A DNA stretch of 63,940 nucleotides, counting the filler, from Gemmatimonadota bacterium (lineage in GTDB: Bacteria > 4572-55 > J002): assembly GCA_003697105.1 (NCBI GenBank). It is 4 parts of 4 records of this genome, joined end to end, with 100 filler letters (N's around TTAATTAATTAA, not from the genome) between each part and the next. Parts side by side here need not be neighbours in the genome. Positions count along the whole stretch, not along the records: positions 59,881 to 63,940 come from RFFQ01000171.1; 3 more parts are not named here. One strand, given 5' to 3'. Positions 60,900 to 63,940 of this stretch are shown in pieces (the first letter of the stretch is position 1; every line of letters starts with the position of its first letter). Position numbers and translations under genes: made by a program. The notes beneath the pieces are model-generated. The model saw only the letters and a program-made list of their open reading frames with translations. It ran no database searches and was not told where the DNA came from.

Positions 60900-60929
60900 G
60901 TACCCGATCCACCGGCGTGGATCGGGTAC
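60900..60929. terminator. Hairpin between convergent genes
   Basis: 13-bp perfect stem GTACCCGATCCAC/GTGGATCGGGTAC, 4-nt loop; no clear U tract. Confidence 0.6.
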
Positions 60930-60940
60930 AACCGGAATAT

Positions 60941-61969
60941 TTAGCGATCCGAAAATCGGCTTAACAGGGTTTCACCGCGCTGGGCAGGTGGGATCCAATG
61001 TGGGTACTGCGGCGGAACGGCACTAACCTCATCCAATTTCGCCATTTCGTCTGCTGATAATTCAATTTCCACGGATTTGAGATTATCAACTAGCTGGGAT
61101 TCTTTCCGGGCACCAACGATCACACTGGTTACCCCGGGTTTGTGAAGGAGCCATGCCAATGCAATTTGCGCCACCGATGCCTCATGCGCTGTGGCAATCT
61201 CGTTCAATACATCGATGATGTTGTATCCTTGTTCGAGGTTCACTGGCGGAAATTGGAAGTTTGCCCGACGACCTTCTCCGGCGTGATCCCGGGTATATTT
61301 TCCGGTCAGGAATCCACCGGCAAGCGGGCTCCAAATCAACGTTCCCAGACCTAAATCCATGGCGGCTGGGATGATTTCCTGCTCCAGATCGCGTCCCACT
61401 AGCGAATAGTAGGCTTGGACGGAGCAAAAGCGCTCCGTACCCAGTAATCGCGCCAAGCCGTCTGCTTTGGCAATTTGCCACGCCGCAAAATTGGAAAGCC
61501 CAATATACCGCACTTTGCCTTGCCGCACCAAGTCATCCAATGCCCGCAACGTTTCTTCTAATGGTGTGGTCACATCAAAATTATGAACTTGATACAAGTC
61601 AATCCAATCGGTGTTGAGTCGTTTTAAGCTCGCTTCTACTTCGCGCATAATGGCTAGGCGGCTGGTGCCCAGATCGTTCATGCCAGTGCCAAAGGTGTTG
61701 TAAACTTTGGTAGCAATCAGGACATCTTTGCGGCGGTTACCCAATGCCTTGCCGACCATCACTTCAGAAACACCCGCACTATACACATTGGCAGTGTCAA
61801 TCATGTTGACACCGGCATCCAGTGCGAGATCGACCATACGGTTGGCTAATTCTTGTCCTGTGCCACCGATCATTTGAGCAAATGCGCCATCCGGCTCATC
61901 AAAAGTCATTGCGCCCAGTGTGAGTTGCGAAACGTATAAACCGGTATTACCGAGGGGGAAGTACTTCAT
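60941..61969 (-). CDS. Aldo/keto reductase
   Basis: LGAMTF, DTANVY, IATK, IDLYQVH, GKVRYIGLSN, WSPLAGG. Confidence 0.94.
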   Translation of the reverse strand: MKYFPLGNTGLYVSQLTLGAMTFDEPDGAFAQMIGGTGQELANRMVDLALDAGVNMIDTANVYSAGVSEVMVGKALGNRRKDVLIATKVYNTFGTGMNDLGTSRLAIMREVEASLKRLNTDWIDLYQVHNFDVTTPLEETLRALDDLVRQGKVRYIGLSNFAAWQIAKADGLARLLGTERFCSVQAYYSLVGRDLEQEIIPAAMDLGLGTLIWSPLAGGFLTGKYTRDHAGEGRRANFQFPPVNLEQGYNIIDVLNEIATAHEASVAQIALAWLLHKPGVTSVIVGARKESQLVDNLKSVEIELSADEMAKLDEVSAVPPQYPHWIPPAQRGETLLSRFSDR

Positions 61970-62029
61970 GAGAATCTCCTTATGAATTTGAGATGAATTG
62001 TGAAAGAGGCTACCGTCGTGGTAGCAGAT

Positions 62030-62932
62030 TTATTGAATGGGTTCGTAATGGACACCCGTTAATTCCTCTGAAATTGCCCACAGTCGCGCGGCAATTTCTT
62101 TGTTTTGAGACCGTGTGTTGGAACTGACTTGTTTGGGATAACCTTTGATTTCCATAAAGCCGCTAGGACCATAGTATTCGCCGCCAATCGCGGTATCATC
62201 GACTGCCGCCCGGAGTGTTGGCAGTGCGCCTTGCGGCGGCGTTTGGGCAAAAAAGCCATTCAAAAAGTGGAATACACCTGAATGGCGTTGTAAATCGGTT
62301 GCCGTCCAGCCGGGATGGGCGGCAGTGGCAATCGTAGGCGCTCCGTGTTGGTGGAGTTTCCGTTGTAATTCGTAAGTGAAGTACAGATTCGCTATTTTGC
62401 TGTCACTATAGGCTTGCCAAGCGTTGTATGGGCGTTTCTCCCAATGGAGGTCATTAAAGTTGATATTGCCGGTTTTGTGCGCCATACTGCTGACCGTGAC
62501 CACCCGTGACCCCGCTGTTTGGAGCAAGCGATCCAGGAGTAAACCGGTCAAGGCAAAGTGCCCCAAGTGATTGGTGCCGAATTGCAACTCAAACCCATCT
62601 TCTGTTTTTGTATAAGGAGGTACCATCACGCCGGCATTGTTGATTAGGAGATCGAGCCGGTCATATCTCTGCTGGAATTGGCGGGCAAATTCTCGTACTG
62701 CCTGTTGCCGCGAGAGATCAAGCTTCATGAGCTGAACCACTGCCTGTGGGTATTTCTGCTGAATGCGGTCAATCGCCTGTTGTCCTTTTGTCTCATTCCG
62801 GCAGGCGAGGATAACCATCGCCTGTTTTTCAGCTAAGGCGCGGGCGGTCTCAAAACCAATGCCGGTGTTAGCACCGGTGACAATAACAATTCGTCCGGTT
62901 TGATCGGGTATATTTTGTTCCGTCCATTTCAT
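62030..62932 (-). CDS. Short-chain dehydrogenase (retinol-DH-like)
   Basis: TGANTGIG, NNAG, NHLGHF, YSDSK, HPG. Confidence 0.94.
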   Translation of the reverse strand: MKWTEQNIPDQTGRIVIVTGANTGIGFETARALAEKQAMVILACRNETKGQQAIDRIQQKYPQAVVQLMKLDLSRQQAVREFARQFQQRYDRLDLLINNAGVMVPPYTKTEDGFELQFGTNHLGHFALTGLLLDRLLQTAGSRVVTVSSMAHKTGNINFNDLHWEKRPYNAWQAYSDSKIANLYFTYELQRKLHQHGAPTIATAAHPGWTATDLQRHSGVFHFLNGFFAQTPPQGALPTLRAAVDDTAIGGEYYGPSGFMEIKGYPKQVSSNTRSQNKEIAARLWAISEELTGVHYEPIQ

Positions 62933-62955
62933 GATGTTCCTCCGGTATGGTAATT

Positions 62956-62975
62956 ATAAACGAATGTTCATTTAT
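62956..62975. promoter_or_regulatory. Putative TetR operator, copy 1
   Basis: ATAAACGAATGTTCATTTAT near-palindrome upstream of the SDR gene. Confidence 0.7.
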
Positions 62976-63032
62976 AAAAATACGTAAAAAAAGGCGCTGC
63001 CGCATGATACCCGGCATCGCTAGCTTACTTCA

Positions 63033-63605
63033 TCACAGTTTAATGGCATCCCAAGCAAGGGAAAAGGATATATCAATATTTTCTTCTGTTGGGGTAAACG
63101 AGCGGCACAGCCGTGAATTCGCCAGGGTCAAAATCGGAAAAAACATAAAGGCGCTCAGCAAATCAAAATTGACATTTTTGATGATTTTTTGGTCGATGCC
63201 TCGTTGTATTACTGCAAAGACCGGTGCGAAATAGCGATCAATTTCGGTGCTATCCACCTGATCCACGTAAGGCGAATTGGCGAATTGCTCGGTAAACTGA
63301 AATTTATCACGGTGTTGCGTGACATAGACGAACGTTTGCCGCCAAATTTGCTGGAAGATGTCCCGGACGGGTGCTTGGAGATCGATTCCAGCCAGCATGG
63401 CTTCGCTCATCTCTTTTTTGATGGTGGTATAGGTGGAAACGAGCAAATCATCTTTATTATCAAAATAGATGTAGATCGTTGCCGGAGAGACGCCTGCCCG
63501 TTTGGCAATTTTGGCAACCGATGCCGCTGCAAAACCAATTTCATTCACCAGCGAGATCGTGGCGTCGCAAATCGCTCTGAATTTTGTGTCGTCTTTTACT
63601 CTCAT
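63033..63605 (-). CDS. TetR/AcrR family regulator
   Basis: GFAAASVAKIAKRAGVSPATIYIYFDNKDDLL. Confidence 0.94.
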   Translation of the reverse strand: MRVKDDTKFRAICDATISLVNEIGFAAASVAKIAKRAGVSPATIYIYFDNKDDLLVSTYTTIKKEMSEAMLAGIDLQAPVRDIFQQIWRQTFVYVTQHRDKFQFTEQFANSPYVDQVDSTEIDRYFAPVFAVIQRGIDQKIIKNVNFDLLSAFMFFPILTLANSRLCRSFTPTEENIDISFSLAWDAIKL

Positions 63606-63614
63606 GCCTCTAAA

Positions 63615-63634
63615 ATAAACGATTATTCATTTAT
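63615..63634. promoter_or_regulatory. Putative TetR operator, copy 2, overlapping the tetR promoter
   Basis: ATAAACGATTATTCATTTAT, 18/20 identical to copy 1; abuts minus-strand TTGACA. Confidence 0.7.
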
Positions 63635-63682
63635 GTCAAGGTTTTTTTTCGTTCGATTTGTGACCAACTTCAAAATTTTGAA

Positions 63683-63940
63683 TTATACCGCAAAAGCGAC
63701 GAGACCAGCCTCGGGGGCGTATGGCGTTGTTGCAGGGGCGTATGGCGTTGTTGTTGGGGCGTATGGCGATACGCCCCAACATGTTGCATCGCCGCCATTG
63801 TCAACAATCACCAAAATACCGTGCAAATGATTGGGCATGACGATGTATTCATCAACAATAACATTGGGACGTATTTGTGATGTTCGTACCCATTCATTTT
63901 TTACCAATAAACCAAAATCATTCAATACCATTTCCCCATC
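63683..63940 (-). pseudogene. REP-associated tyrosine transposase (RAYT) fragment
   Basis: DGEMVLNDFG...EW...DEYIVMPNHLHGI (HUH motif); 5' end outside the window; stops before the Tyr-bearing C-terminal half. Confidence 0.75.
63714..63781. repeat. REP-like palindrome with 21-bp tandem half-copies
   Basis: GGGGCGTATGGCG three times at 21-bp period; 13-bp stem TGTTGGGGCGTAT-GGCG-ATACGCCCCAACA at 63752-63781. Confidence 0.85.

Noticed and set aside
63714-63781. Possible CRISPR array
   Set aside because: 21-bp period with no unique spacers, inside a RAYT fragment; no cas genes or CRISPR arrays seen in the window
1-63940. Hidden selenoproteins by UGA read-through
   Set aside because: The TGA-ending genes I inspected are full length or overlap the next start, and GPx has Cys; no systematic bSECIS scan was possible

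Overview
Bacterial DNA from a Gram-negative organism, possibly FCB-superphylum (an inference from the lamin-tail/FlgD-type protein and PorV-like barrel). The window is four contigs joined by artificial 100-bp N/TTAATTAATTAA linkers (17456-17555, 39260-39359, 59781-59880). Contig 1: DUF4388 protein, ABC exporter with an inserted metalloenzyme, lamin-tail surface protein plus PorV/PorP-like barrel, YraN, glutathione peroxidase and an all-cytoplasmic phosphorelay. Contig 2: TonB receptor-YfiR-histidine kinase-response regulator module, an Rrf2 regulator and a type IVa pilus cluster (pilA, pilT, three minor pilins, pilMNOPQ, a 1064-aa Ig-repeat lipoprotein, pilB, pilC). Contig 3: CPBP protease, uvrB, two orphan pilin-like genes, a STAS-like protein, a split chlI/chlD-like chelatase gene, icmF, a selenocysteine tRNA, an FAD oxidoreductase, GT2, uvrC and a kinase-STAND-TPR protein. 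Contig 4: hydroxyacid dehydrogenase, a TetR-SDR-AKR unit with twin operators and a truncated RAYT containing a REP-like palindrome. The strongest hidden signal is a candidate programmed -1 frameshift (G-A10-G-TAG, containing A_AAA_AAG). It would give both a 385-aa ChlI-like and a 748-aa ChlD-like subunit from one gene, which lies divergent from the B12-dependent mutase icmF.
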